Source: Acholeplasmataceae bacterium
GTDB taxonomy: Bacteria > Bacillota_I > Bacilli_A > Acholeplasmatales > Acholeplasmataceae
Direction of reading: 5' to 3'
Length of the DNA stretch: 55,088 nt
Assembly: GCA_030656435.1 (NCBI GenBank)
Contig: JAUSOA010000021.1
Location: 1 to 55,088 of the forward strand
The notes beneath the pieces are model-generated. The model worked only from the letters and a program-made list of their open reading frames with translations, searched no databases and was not told where the DNA came from. The translations under genes were made by a program, and so were the position numbers. Shown here piece after piece: positions 40,413-51,300 of the stretch (position 1 is its first letter; the number at the start of each line of letters is the position of its first letter).

Positions 40413-41600
40413 TTACTCCTCAAAACCTTCTAAGTTTTTTAGGATTGCCGCAATTTTTTCAATCGCGATATCCATTTGTTCTTTCGTGTGTGTTGCTGTA
40501 TAGCTCGTACGAATCAAGCATTCACCTACGGTTGTTGCAGGTGGTAATACTGGATTGACATAAACGCCTTCTTCAAAAAGCTGGTTACAAGCGAACATTG
40601 TTCTTAAAGGCGTGTAGGTAAATATTGGAATGATTGGAGTTCTTGAGTCTCTAATCTTTAATCCTTTAGCCTTAAGACCTTGTCTCATATATTCAGAGAT
40701 ATCATGAAGAGCCTTCACTCTTTCTGGTTCTCTTTGAAGTACATGAAGTGCTGCTAGAGCAGCTGCTGTATTTGCAGGTGGAATTGCTGCTGAAAAGATA
40801 TAAGGACGTGAGTTGTGGCGAATATAATCGACAACATCACTTTCAGCTGCTACGTAGCCACCTAGACTTGCTAGGGATTTTGAGAATGTTCCCATAATGA
40901 TATCAACTTCTTTTTCTAGACCGAAATGCTCAGCAGTTCCGCGACCAGTAGGTCCCATCACTCCGAAGCCGTGTGCATCGTCAACCATGACTCTTGCACC
41001 ATATTTTTTAGCTAGCGTTACTATTTCAGGAAGCTTTGCAATATCGCCGCTCATTGAGAATACACCATCAGTGATGATGAGCTTTCCCTTAGCTTCTGGT
41101 GCTTTAGCAAGCTTAGCTTCTAGATCAGCCATGTCGCTGTGTTCATAGCGAATGGTTTCAGCGTAACTTAGGCGTGTTCCATCATAAATACTTGCATGAT
41201 TTTCCTTATCAGAAAAAATTAAATCATTACGTCCTGCAATAGCGGAAATGATTCCTAGGTTACTTTGGAAGCCCGTAGAAAAAATAGTGCAATCTTCTTT
41301 ATTTAAGAAAGTTGCAAGCTCAGCTTCTAATTGTTTGTGTAAATTTAAGGTACCGTTTAAAAATCTTGATCCAGATACGCCTGTTCCATATTTAAGGGTT
41401 GCATCAATTGCAGCTTGAATAACCTCAGGATGTGAAGTGAGTCCTAAATAGTTATTCGACCCAATCATAATCATCTCTTTGCCTTCCATATGAACGATGG
41501 TATCTTGTTTACTTGTTAACTCGTGAAAATATGGATAGTATCCACCCTCACGTGCCTTTTTAGCGGTATCATATTGATAACATTTTTTAAATAAATCCAT
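40413..41600 (-). CDS. PLP-dependent alpha-oxoamine synthase, candidate serine palmitoyltransferase
   Basis: YPYF, GSNNYLGL, SGSRFLNGT, HASI, DGVFSM, DDAH, GTFSKS, SRPYIFSA. Confidence 0.8.
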   Translation of the reverse strand: MDLFKKCYQYDTAKKAREGGYYPYFHELTSKQDTIVHMEGKEMIMIGSNNYLGLTSHPEVIQAAIDATLKYGTGVSGSRFLNGTLNLHKQLEAELATFLNKEDCTIFSTGFQSNLGIISAIAGRNDLIFSDKENHASIYDGTRLSYAETIRYEHSDMADLEAKLAKAPEAKGKLIITDGVFSMSGDIAKLPEIVTLAKKYGARVMVDDAHGFGVMGPTGRGTAEHFGLEKEVDIIMGTFSKSLASLGGYVAAESDVVDYIRHNSRPYIFSAAIPPANTAAALAALHVLQREPERVKALHDISEYMRQGLKAKGLKIRDSRTPIIPIFTYTPLRTMFACNQLFEEGVYVNPVLPPATTVGECLIRTSYTATHTKEQMDIAIEKIAAILKNLEGFEE

Positions 41601-41694
41601 TATAAATTCCTCTTTTCAAAAACCACTTAAATCTATTATAATACACTTTTCACTTTTTACATCATTTGATTGTGTGATTTCGTGTGAAATCATC

Positions 41695-41718
41695 AAAAAA
41701 AGGATATATATATCCTTT
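41695..41718 (-). terminator. Intrinsic terminator
   Basis: AAAGGATATATATATCCTTT palindrome with a T tract on the minus strand. Confidence 0.7.
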
Positions 41719-41729
41719 GAATAGTTACC

Positions 41730-42041
41730 TTATTCTTTTGTTAAACCACAATTTTCACAAACAGCGCACTCGCTTTGGCTATTTATTGAGCCATTGTCAC
41801 TTAGGTGATTGTGGAACTTAGGAATCATTTTATTTCCGCATTGTGGACAATGCTTAGCATTTACCTTTAAGATGATTACCCCGATAACCGGTAGTAACAA
41901 TGAAAGAGCGATAATCTCTAATATTATCGTTGATCTTTGTTCTAGCATTCCATCAGAGATAAAATTAAATGAACTCCAAATGATAGCTGGTATGAATAGT
42001 AATGATATTCCTAAATTTTTTCTAACTAAATATGTTTTCAT
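41730..42041 (-). CDS. Small two-TM protein with a C-terminal CxxC...CxxC zinc ribbon
   Basis: Two hydrophobic helices, then CPQCG and CENCG; ACAGGA RBS; own promoter and terminator. Confidence 0.65.
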   Translation of the reverse strand: MKTYLVRKNLGISLLFIPAIIWSSFNFISDGMLEQRSTIILEIIALSLLLPVIGVIILKVNAKHCPQCGNKMIPKFHNHLSDNGSINSQSECAVCENCGLTKE

Positions 42042-42125
42042 GATTCATTCCTGTGCACGTTTTATATAAATTTTATAGTCTACGTAAACCCTTCAATGGA
42101 TTGCCGAATTTATTTCAGCATTACG

Positions 42126-42153
42126 ATTATAACAAAGATAAAATATAAGTCAA
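42126..42153 (-). promoter_or_regulatory. Sigma-A promoter for the zinc-ribbon gene
   Basis: TTGACT-N16-TATAAT with extended TG. Confidence 0.6.
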
Positions 42154-42195
42154 CAGTTAAATATGATAAACACGCTTACATCATTAAAAACATTT

Positions 42196-42227
42196 AAAAA
42201 ACGACACATTCATTGGAACATGTCGTC
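42196..42227 (-). terminator. Intrinsic terminator after psuG
   Basis: ACGACA...TGTCGT stem with a T tract on the minus strand. Confidence 0.6.
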
Positions 42228-42246
42228 ACTATTTATCGTTTTTGAA

Positions 42247-43158
42247 TTATTTTTTTGCGTATTCGACTGCAATTTCAGCTGCAAGTCTTGCATTATTATA
42301 AACAAGAGCAATATTTGATTGCAGACTACTACCTTCAGTTAGATGCTTAATTTGGGATAATAAAAATGGAGTAACTTCGCTTCCTTTGATGCCTAATGAC
42401 TTCGCATCCTCTAATGCTTTTTCAATTACTTCATTAATCTTTTTAGCGTCCATGGAATATTTTTTTGGAATTGGATTGGCCACGACTACACCACCTGATA
42501 ATCCTAATGCCCATTTTGCATGAAGCAAGGATGCAATTTCTTGTGGGGTATCTAGCTGATAGTTCACAAAAAAGCCTGATTCTCTAGAATAAAACGCTGG
42601 AAGCTCTTTGGTTTGATAGCCAATGACTTCAACACCCTTAGTTTCTAGGTATTCAAGAGTAAGACCTAAATCAAGAATCGATTTAGCACCAGCACAAACT
42701 ACACATATATCGACTAAGGATAATTCTTCTAGGTCTCTTGAAATATCGAAGGTTTCAGTAGCACCACGGTGCACACCGCCGATACCTCCTGTTGCGAACA
42801 CATTGATACCAACCTTAGATGCGATTAATGATGTTCCTGAAACGGTTGTAGCACCCATAAGAGCCTTTGAAATGACGTATGAAAAATCTCTTTTTCCTAC
42901 CTTGTAAACATTTTTAGCCTTAGCTAATGTTTCAATTTCCTCTTCGGATAGTCCTACCTTGATGACACCATCTAAAATAGCGATGGTTGCAGGAACTGCA
43001 CCATGATCTCTAATAATTTGTTCGACATGGAGTGCCATTTTTACATTTTCTGGATAGGGCATCCCGTGACTAATAATGGTGGATTCAAGAGCAACCACCG
43101 CACCTCTATTTTCAATAGCCTGTTTGACCTCTTGACTGATCATAATATATGGATTCAT
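42247..43158 (-). CDS. psuG: Pseudouridine-5'-phosphate glycosidase
   Basis: VVALESTIISHGMPYP, ATGGIGGVHRG, DISRDL, GAKSILD, VTPFLL; ATG at 43158 overlaps the psuK stop (ATGA). Confidence 0.95.
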   Translation of the reverse strand: MNPYIMISQEVKQAIENRGAVVALESTIISHGMPYPENVKMALHVEQIIRDHGAVPATIAILDGVIKVGLSEEEIETLAKAKNVYKVGKRDFSYVISKALMGATTVSGTSLIASKVGINVFATGGIGGVHRGATETFDISRDLEELSLVDICVVCAGAKSILDLGLTLEYLETKGVEVIGYQTKELPAFYSRESGFFVNYQLDTPQEIASLLHAKWALGLSGGVVVANPIPKKYSMDAKKINEVIEKALEDAKSLGIKGSEVTPFLLSQIKHLTEGSSLQSNIALVYNNARLAAEIAVEYAKK

Positions 43159-44057
43159 AGACTTAACTCCTTTACGGTTTCTTCTAATATTTCTTTTGTT
43201 AGCTTGCTGCAAACTGCCTTTTCATCACTAAGATTTAAGACTGCATTTGCCATTGCGTAGGATAATGGATTCAACTGATTTAAGGATGCGTAGATTGCAC
43301 CTGCAAAAAATGCGTCACCTGCACCTGTAGAATTTCTAATCTTTACTGGGATTGCATTTCTAAATACTGCTTCTCTTAGATTTGTATAATAAGCACCTTG
43401 ATCACCTAGGGTTATAAATACTTCCTTAACTCCGCGCTCTAATAGCATATCTCCCATCCTATTTAAATCATCGATGGTCAAATAGGTAATTCCAGTCAAT
43501 AGCTCTGCTTCAATCAAGTTTAATTTGATAGCGTGTATTTTAGATAAAAACGGTTTAATCTTAATCGCTTTTTGGCTAGAAATTGCATCCACGTAAATCA
43601 CCTTTTGAAATTTGTTGAATATGAAATCTAAGGTTTCATTGGATAGATTGGTATCTATCAAAAGAATATCAGCCTCTTCGATTAAACCTTCTCTTTTCAT
43701 AATCTCTTCATAATCGAGAGCTGCGATTTGATCCATAGCTGCAACACTCACTAAATCCTCATGAAATTCATCCATAATAGAAATATAGGATGGTGTTTGA
43801 TCGACTTCAACAATGGATAGCTTTAATCCGATTTTATTGGATTCGTTTTTTACCCATAAGGCTGCATCATCTCTACCGAGTACTGTAATTAAGGTGACAT
43901 CTACATCTAATCTTGCAAGATTTTCACTAATATTTCTTCCAACTCCGCCAAGCGAAGTCAAAATATAACCAGGATTTGAATCATGCATCACGATTTTTTT
44001 GTGGGTGTACGCGAATATATCGATATTGGTTCCACCAATGACTATAACTTTATTCAT
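43155..44057 (-). CDS. psuK: PfkB family kinase, pseudouridine kinase
   Basis: IGGTNID, DSNPG, GGVGRNISENLARL, TGAGDAF; coupled to psuG. Confidence 0.85.
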   Translation of the reverse strand: MNKVIVIGGTNIDIFAYTHKKIVMHDSNPGYILTSLGGVGRNISENLARLDVDVTLITVLGRDDAALWVKNESNKIGLKLSIVEVDQTPSYISIMDEFHEDLVSVAAMDQIAALDYEEIMKREGLIEEADILLIDTNLSNETLDFIFNKFQKVIYVDAISSQKAIKIKPFLSKIHAIKLNLIEAELLTGITYLTIDDLNRMGDMLLERGVKEVFITLGDQGAYYTNLREAVFRNAIPVKIRNSTGAGDAFFAGAIYASLNQLNPLSYAMANAVLNLSDEKAVCSKLTKEILEETVKELSL

Positions 44058-44137
44058 AAATGACCTCGCCTTTGATTACTAACTATATTATACATCAACT
44101 AGGGTAACACCCTTACTGAAATCCCTTTTCAAAAATA

Positions 44138-44166
44138 AAAAAAGAAGGCATATCACTATGCCTTCA
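44138..44166 (-). terminator. Intrinsic terminator after rpoC
   Basis: GAAGGCATA/TATGCCTTC stem plus T tract. Confidence 0.85.
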
Positions 44167-44171
44167 AGATC

Positions 44172-47100
44172 TTAATAATCTAATTCTTCTTCCTCGTTAT
44201 AGGTATTTGATCTGTCATATTCAAAAACTGCTTCTCTTAAAATACCAGTACCCGCAGGAATTAAGCCACCAATGATGACATTTTCCTTTAAGCCGTGAAG
44301 TTCATCTGTCTTACCCTTAATTGCTGCATCTGTAAGAATTCTAGTTGTTTCCTGGAAGGATGCTGCAGATAGGAATGAGTCGCTTCTTAACGATGCTCTA
44401 GTGATACCTAAAAGGATTGGACGACCAACTGCTGGTCTCTTGAAATCCTTAAATGCAGCACGGTTCGCTCTCTTAAAGTCTGAAACGGATACTTCAGTTC
44501 CAGGTAGAAGCTCAGTGTCACCTTCAGTAACGATTGAAATTCTTCTTAACATTTGTCTTACAATCAATTCGATATGCTTATCACTAATTTCAACGCCCTG
44601 TGCACGGTAAACCTTTTGAACTTCTTCTAGGATGTATGTTTCAGCTGCTTGAGCAGAAACAACACGAAGTAATTCTTTAGGGTTAATCGAACCAAGTGTT
44701 AATCTTTGTCCAGCCTTAACGGATGCACCTTTTCTGACTAACGCTTCAACGTTTGGATCAATGGTGTACTTAAAGTCTTTTTCATGAGCATCAACGATTG
44801 TGATAATTGAAATACCACCACGCTGACGATCAATGGATTTAACCTTACCATCAACCTCAGAAATAACTGCCTTACCTTTAGGATTTCTCGCTTCAAATAA
44901 TTCTTGAATACGTGGAAGCCCCTGTGTGATATCGGATGCCGAAGCAACCCCACCGGTATGGAAGGTTCTCATGGTCAACTGTGTACCTGGTTCACCAATA
45001 GACTGTGCGGCAACAACCCCAACAGCTTCACCAACCTCAACTCTCGTATTGGTTGCTAGGTTTCTACCATAGCACTTCGCACAAACTCCATTTTCGGAAT
45101 TACATGTTAAGTTACTTCTGATTTCAACACCTGTGATACCGGCCTTTAATATGTCTTGGCCAATTTCTTCAGTGATCAATTCATTACGTTTTACAAAGAC
45201 TTGTTTCATCTTTGGATTTGGATGTTCTACATCCTTGGACGCATAGCGGCCAACGATTCTGTCGTATAGAGGAACGATTTCCTTGGTGTCATCCATAATG
45301 GATTCCATATAGACGCCACGTTCAGTCTTACAGTCTTCATCAACAACAATTACATCCTGGCTCACGTCAACTAAACGACGTGTTAAATAGCCTGATTCAG
45401 CGGTTTTCAGCGCTGTATCGGTAGATCCTTTTCTCGCACCATGGGTCGAGATAAAGAATTCTGATACGGTAAGACCTTCTCTAAATGATGCCTGTACTGG
45501 AACTTCAATAATTTCACCCTTAGGGTTATTCATTAGACCGCGCATACCAGCAAGCTGAGCGAAGTTTGATGCGTTACCACGAGCACCGGAGTCTGACATC
45601 ATATAGATGTTATTGTCCTTATCGAATTCTTCCATAAGACCCTTTTGGATATCGTCACGCGCTTCCTGCCATTCCTTAATAATAAGGCCACGGCGCTCTT
45701 CATCAGTAACCATACCATCTTCGTGCCATGAAGTAATCTGTTCGATTTCCTTATTGGTCTTATCGATTCTTGCATGCTTGCCTGAATAGACGTTGATATC
45801 ATCAAATGATACGGTAATACCAGATACTGTTGAGTATTTAAAACCTAAATCTTTGAGTCTATCTAGCATCTTAGATGTTTCAGAAATTTGTAATTGCTTG
45901 AAGACCTGTGCAATGATTTGGGACAAAAACTTCTTCTTAAATGGAGAAGGTGAAGCAAGATTTGGTAGAACATTCTTCGGGTTAACACCCTTAGCGAAGA
46001 AATATTTTTCTGGTGTACCAAGCTCTAGATTTTCAATAGAAGGTTCATTTAAATAGTAGAAGCTAGGAGGTAAAATGCGGTTGAAAATCATTTTTCCAAG
46101 AGTCGTTACTAAATATTTGTTCTTTTGATCATCTGAGAAAGCTTGATTGATTGATCTTGGATCGACAATGATTCTTGTATGTAATCCAATTTCTTGATGC
46201 TGGTATGCAAGATAAGCTTCATCGAAATTCGTAAAGAAGTGTCCTTCATTTCTATTCTTGAAGTCATGTTCTTCCTGTCTAATCACAGCACGTCTTTCAT
46301 CATATTCTTTTCTAGCTTCTCTAACAAACTTTTTAGGCTCGAACTTGCGTTCAAGTCTTTCTTCAATGGTCAAATAGTAATTTCCTAGAACCATATCCTG
46401 TGAAGGTGTAACAACTGGCTTCCCATCCTTAGGGTTAAGAATGTTATTGGATGCTAGCATAAGAAGTCTTGCTTCTGCTTGTGCTTCATTGGATAGTGGA
46501 ACGTGGACAGCCATCTGGTCACCGTCAAAGTCCGCGTTAAACGCAGGTGTAACAAGTGGGTGTAGACGAATTGCCTTACCATCGATTAATTTAGGTTCAA
46601 ATGCTTGGATACCAAGTCTATGAAGTGTTGGTGCACGGTTTAGTAAAACTGGATGTTCTCTAACAACCTTTTCTAAAGCTGCCCATACATCATCATCCAT
46701 CTTTTCGTATTTAGAATTCGCATTCTTCTTAGCATTTGCATCATTACCCTGTAATCTTTGTAGCTCTCTTAGGACGAATGGCTTGAATAAAATAATAGCC
46801 ATTTCTCTAGGAATACCACATTGATACATTTCTAAGTCTGGTCCTACGATAATTACAGAACGTCCTGAGTAGTCTACACGTTTACCTAGTAGATTTTGTC
46901 TGAAGCGTCCTTGCTTACCACGAAGCATATCAGATAATGATTTTAAGTGTCTATTTCTTTCAACTGCTGCTTTCTTTCCGCGCTTCGCATTATCAAATAA
47001 TGCATCCACAGCTTCTTGAAGCATACGCTTTTCATTCTTAGTGATTAAGCGAGGTGCCATTTGTTCCTTTTGCTTCTTCAAACGGTTGTTACGGTTTAGA

Positions 47101-48368
47101 ATTCTACGATACAAGTCATTTAAGTCTGTTGTCGCGAAACGTCCACCATCTAAGGCAACCATAGGACGAAGATCAGGTGGGATGACTGGAATTACATCCA
47201 TAACCATCCACTCTGGCTTATTGTCTGAATTATTGAAGGCTTCAACAACTTCTAGTCTCTTGATGATTCTGTCTCTCTTTTGTTTAGAGGATGTCTTTAG
47301 CTTCTTACGTAATGATTTAACTTCCTTATCAAGGTCTAATTCCTGCAGTAATTTCTTGACTGCTTCAGCACCAGTAAGTGCTGTGAATCTTGAACCGTAT
47401 TCTTCAGTTAAAGCACTGTAATCTTGTTCAGATAAAATTTGTTTTTTGGATAAAGGTGCAGTTCCTGCATCGGTTACGATGTAGGATGCATGATAAACGA
47501 CTTCTTCCAACGCCTTCGCTTTAATTCCTAAAAGGATAGCTAAGCGTGATGGAGAATTCTTTAAATACCATGTATGAACGACAGGAGCCTCTAATTCAAT
47601 ATGACCCATACGTTCTCTACGAACCTTAGATTCAGTAATTTCAATGCCGCACTTGTTACAGATTTGGCCTTTATTACCGCTTTGTTTCTTACCGCATGTG
47701 CACTGGTAATCTCTAGTAGGACCAAAGATTCTTTCGCAGAAGAGTCCGCCCTCTTCAGGCTTAGAAGTTCTATAGTTAATGGTTTCATGTGTCTTAACTT
47801 CGCCATATGACCATTGTCTAATTTCATCAGGAGATGCAAGACGAATCTTTAAATGGCTATAGGTTCTTGAACCATATCCCTTACGAACTGGTTGTACGTG
47901 ACGGTGAATACGTTCTGATAAATCAATATCTAATAAATCTTCAGCTTTTTCTACTTCCTCGAAAACAACTGCCTCTGGAGTATGAACATGTTCCTTAAGT
48001 GGATCAAATCCATAAAGCTCTAACAGGTTATTGATTTCAGTGCGCAGAATTAAATCATCTTCAAAAAGATGGTATAAAGCATGACGATCGAATTCTAAAA
48101 ATTCCTTTAAGTCAGCAATCTTAGCATGCGAAAGGATTGAAACAATTTCACTGCTTAAATTTAAGTTTTCCAAATTTCTTGGGAGTTGATATCTTCTTAG
48201 AATTGTCTTAATTTCTTCAAAGGAATCCCCTAGAAGCATATTAAGTTCCTTTAGATTGAAGGTGTTAAAGTCTTCAAGTTGATCAATACCAGAGAGCGTT
48301 AACGCCTTGAGTGCTTCATCGGAAAGTTTTAATGATTTAACGTGTAGTGTTAATTTTTCTTTAGCCAT
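44172..48368 (-). CDS. rpoC: RNA polymerase beta' subunit with an N-terminal extension of about 165 aa
   Basis: [25 protein letters not shown]; strong GGAGGAGG RBS and TAATG overlap with the rpoB stop. Confidence 0.99.
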   Translation of the reverse strand: MAKEKLTLHVKSLKLSDEALKALTLSGIDQLEDFNTFNLKELNMLLGDSFEEIKTILRRYQLPRNLENLNLSSEIVSILSHAKIADLKEFLEFDRHALYHLFEDDLILRTEINNLLELYGFDPLKEHVHTPEAVVFEEVEKAEDLLDIDLSERIHRHVQPVRKGYGSRTYSHLKIRLASPDEIRQWSYGEVKTHETINYRTSKPEEGGLFCERIFGPTRDYQCTCGKKQSGNKGQICNKCGIEITESKVRRERMGHIELEAPVVHTWYLKNSPSRLAILLGIKAKALEEVVYHASYIVTDAGTAPLSKKQILSEQDYSALTEEYGSRFTALTGAEAVKKLLQELDLDKEVKSLRKKLKTSSKQKRDRIIKRLEVVEAFNNSDNKPEWMVMDVIPVIPPDLRPMVALDGGRFATTDLNDLYRRILNRNNRLKKQKEQMAPRLITKNEKRMLQEAVDALFDNAKRGKKAAVERNRHLKSLSDMLRGKQGRFRQNLLGKRVDYSGRSVIIVGPDLEMYQCGIPREMAIILFKPFVLRELQRLQGNDANAKKNANSKYEKMDDDVWAALEKVVREHPVLLNRAPTLHRLGIQAFEPKLIDGKAIRLHPLVTPAFNADFDGDQMAVHVPLSNEAQAEARLLMLASNNILNPKDGKPVVTPSQDMVLGNYYLTIEERLERKFEPKKFVREARKEYDERRAVIRQEEHDFKNRNEGHFFTNFDEAYLAYQHQEIGLHTRIIVDPRSINQAFSDDQKNKYLVTTLGKMIFNRILPPSFYYLNEPSIENLELGTPEKYFFAKGVNPKNVLPNLASPSPFKKKFLSQIIAQVFKQLQISETSKMLDRLKDLGFKYSTVSGITVSFDDINVYSGKHARIDKTNKEIEQITSWHEDGMVTDEERRGLIIKEWQEARDDIQKGLMEEFDKDNNIYMMSDSGARGNASNFAQLAGMRGLMNNPKGEIIEVPVQASFREGLTVSEFFISTHGARKGSTDTALKTAESGYLTRRLVDVSQDVIVVDEDCKTERGVYMESIMDDTKEIVPLYDRIVGRYASKDVEHPNPKMKQVFVKRNELITEEIGQDILKAGITGVEIRSNLTCNSENGVCAKCYGRNLATNTRVEVGEAVGVVAAQSIGEPGTQLTMRTFHTGGVASASDITQGLPRIQELFEARNPKGKAVISEVDGKVKSIDRQRGGISIITIVDAHEKDFKYTIDPNVEALVRKGASVKAGQRLTLGSINPKELLRVVSAQAAETYILEEVQKVYRAQGVEISDKHIELIVRQMLRRISIVTEGDTELLPGTEVSVSDFKRANRAAFKDFKRPAVGRPILLGITRASLRSDSFLSAASFQETTRILTDAAIKGKTDELHGLKENVIIGGLIPAGTGILREAVFEYDRSNTYNEEEELDY

Positions 48369-51300
48369 TAACGAAACCCTCCTCCTCTAAATTTGCTTGG
48401 ATTATTATCAACAAGTGATTTTCCTGCTTCATTTTCACCTGAGGATGCATCAATTAATTCAACATATAACCCTAAGGCTTGTAATTCTCTAGTTAATACT
48501 CTAAATGATTCTGGAATCGATGCCTGTGGAATTGGTTTATCGTGTGTAATTGCACTATAGACCTTGTTTCTTCCAAGCATGTCATCTGACTTGACCGTAA
48601 GCATTTCTTGAAGTGTATGTGCAGCACCATAAGCATATAATGCCCAAACTTCCATTTCCCCGAATCTCTGTCCACCATTTTGAGCTTTACCGCCCATTGG
48701 CTGTTGAGTAACGAGTGTGTATGGTCCAACAGATCTCGCATGAAGCTTATCGTCGACCATGTGGGAAAGCTTGATCATATACATGACCCCTACAGAAATT
48801 CTATTTTCATAAGGTTGACCTGTACGACCATCATATAAAACTGTCTTTCCATCTGGTTCAACACCAGCTTCAGCCATAATCTTTTCTAGATCGTCATCAT
48901 CAACCCCGTCAAATACAGGAGTTGCAATCTTAACACCAAGATATCTAGCGGCCATTCCTAAGTGAATTTCTAGGATCTGTCCGATATTCATACGAGATGG
49001 TACACCTAGAGGGTTTAACATGATGTCTACTGGAGTTCCGTCTTCCATATAAGGCATATCTTCTCTTGGGAGAATCTTGGAAATAACGCCCTTATTACCG
49101 TGACGTCCAGCCATTTTATCCCCTTCAGAGATTTTTCTCTTCTTGGCAACATAAACTCTAATGGATTCATTGACTCCACTAGGTAATGCATCCCCATTTT
49201 TCTTGGAGAAGTATTGAATACTTTGAACAACACCACCGCCACCATGTGGAACACGAAGTGATGAATCTCTATATTCTCTTGATTTTTCACCGATAACGGC
49301 GTGAATTAATTTTTCAGATGGACTTGGTTCAAATACACCCTTTGGTGTAATCTTACCAACCAAGATATCGCCTTCTCTAACCTCAGATCCTGGGATGATG
49401 ATTCCTCTTTCATCTAGGTTCTTTAAAGCGTCAAGTCCGGCATTTGGAACTTCGCGTGTAATTTCTTCACGTCCAGAACCTGTTTTTAATTCTCTAGTTT
49501 CGATTTCGTATTCATCGATATGAATCGATGTATAAACGTCTTCCTTCACTAAATCTTCACTCATAATGATGGCATCTTCATAGTTGTAGCCTTCCCATGT
49601 CATGAATGCGACTGTTACGTTTCTACCTAAAGCGAGTTCGCCCTTATCGGTAGATGGACCATCCGCTAGGATATCCCCTTTATCTACGTATTCTCCTGCT
49701 GTAACAATTGGACGCTGTAAGATACAAGTGTCCTGGTTAGATCTGAAGAAACGAATTAAATCAAACGTTACTGATTCGCCCATTCCATAGTCTTTTAGTG
49801 TTTTCGCCATTTCATAGGTGTAAGGCTTAGATGGATCATATAAAACGTTGTTTCCTACCATAATCTTTGTATCAGGCTCTGGTGTGACAACAACCTTTGT
49901 TGAATCTGCATAGGTAACAAATCCTGAAACATTGGAAACGATAACAGACCCTGAGTCCTTCGCAGCACGATATTCAATACCTGTACCAACAATTGGAGAT
50001 TCAGGCTTTAATAAAGGCACGGCCTGACGTTGCATGTTCGCACCCATTAGGGCACGGGAAGCATCATCATGCTCAAGGAAAGGAATTGTTGAAGTTGCAA
50101 CAGAAACGATCTGCTTTGGAGAAACGTCCATGAAGGTGACTTCATCAGGTTCGAACATTGAGGTTTCACCACGATAACGTCCAATCACACGATCAATCAT
50201 AATCGTTCCATCTTCAGAAAGCGTAGTTGCTGCAGATGCGATAATTTCATCGTATTCTTCATCCGCTGTTAAATATTTAAATTCTGGTGTAACCACCTTT
50301 TTATTATCTATAGTTTTCACCATTAGATAAGGTGTTTGAATAAATCCATATTTGTCAACCTTACCATAGGTTGCAAGTGAAGAAATCAAACCAATTGATG
50401 GTCCTTCAGGTGTTTCAATTGGACAAATTCTACCATAGTGGGAGTTATGAACGTCACGGACTTCAACACCCGCTCTGTCTCTAGCTAAACCACCAGTTCC
50501 AAGTGCTGAAACTCTTCTTTTTTGAGTAAGCTCTGCAAGAGGGTTAATTTGATCCATGAACTGTGAAAGCTGTGAGCTTCCAAAGAACGTTTTAATAGCT
50601 CCAGCTAGTGGAGTCATGTTGATGATATTTGATGGTGTTGCATCAGCAAATGTAGTCGTAGACATTTTGTCCTTGATGTTCTTTTCTGCTCTAGCTAAAC
50701 CAATTCTGAATTGATTCTTTAAAAGTTCGCCGATTAATCTTAAGCGACGATTTCCTAAATGGTCAATATCGTCAGTGCTACCTAAGTCGTCATAAAGATT
50801 TAAGTAATAGCTCATTGAGGCAACAACATCAGATAGTGTAATATATTCTTTATTTTCTCTTTGATCGTTACCGATAACCTTGACAGGATAGATACGTTCA
50901 GTTTCCTTGTCTTTGACCGTAACTTCGATCATTTCGACAATAACGCCTTCACGTTCTCTTTCCTTTTGGTAAATATCAACACCAAAGAAGTACTTAATAA
51001 CCTTTTCATCCAGTGATTGTCTATTGCGTCTTAGAACAGCGAGTACTTCTTCAGTAATCTCAGTATTCTTAGATACGATAACTTCACCAGTTCTAAGGTT
51101 TAAAATGTTTTCCTTTGTATAAAGTGCTTCGCCACCATCAGGTAATCTAATTGCTAGAATTTCATCAGGAGTTTCATTTTGCAATGAATCTTCCTTAGAA
51201 ATAATTTCTTTTCTAAGTAAATGACGGTTTTCTCTAAGCAGGTTGATAATTTCTTTAGTAATTTTTGTTTTTTCAGGAACGACAACTTCCCCTGTTTCAG

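Noticed and set aside
40413-41600. BioF or Kbl annotation for the PLP enzyme
   Set aside because: No bio or tdh genes nearby and the motifs fit SPT better; not fully excluded without a phylogeny.
43159-43212. N-terminal extension of PsuG in the ORF track
   Set aside because: Overlaps psuK; the ATGA-coupled start at 43158 with an AAGGAG RBS gives normal length.
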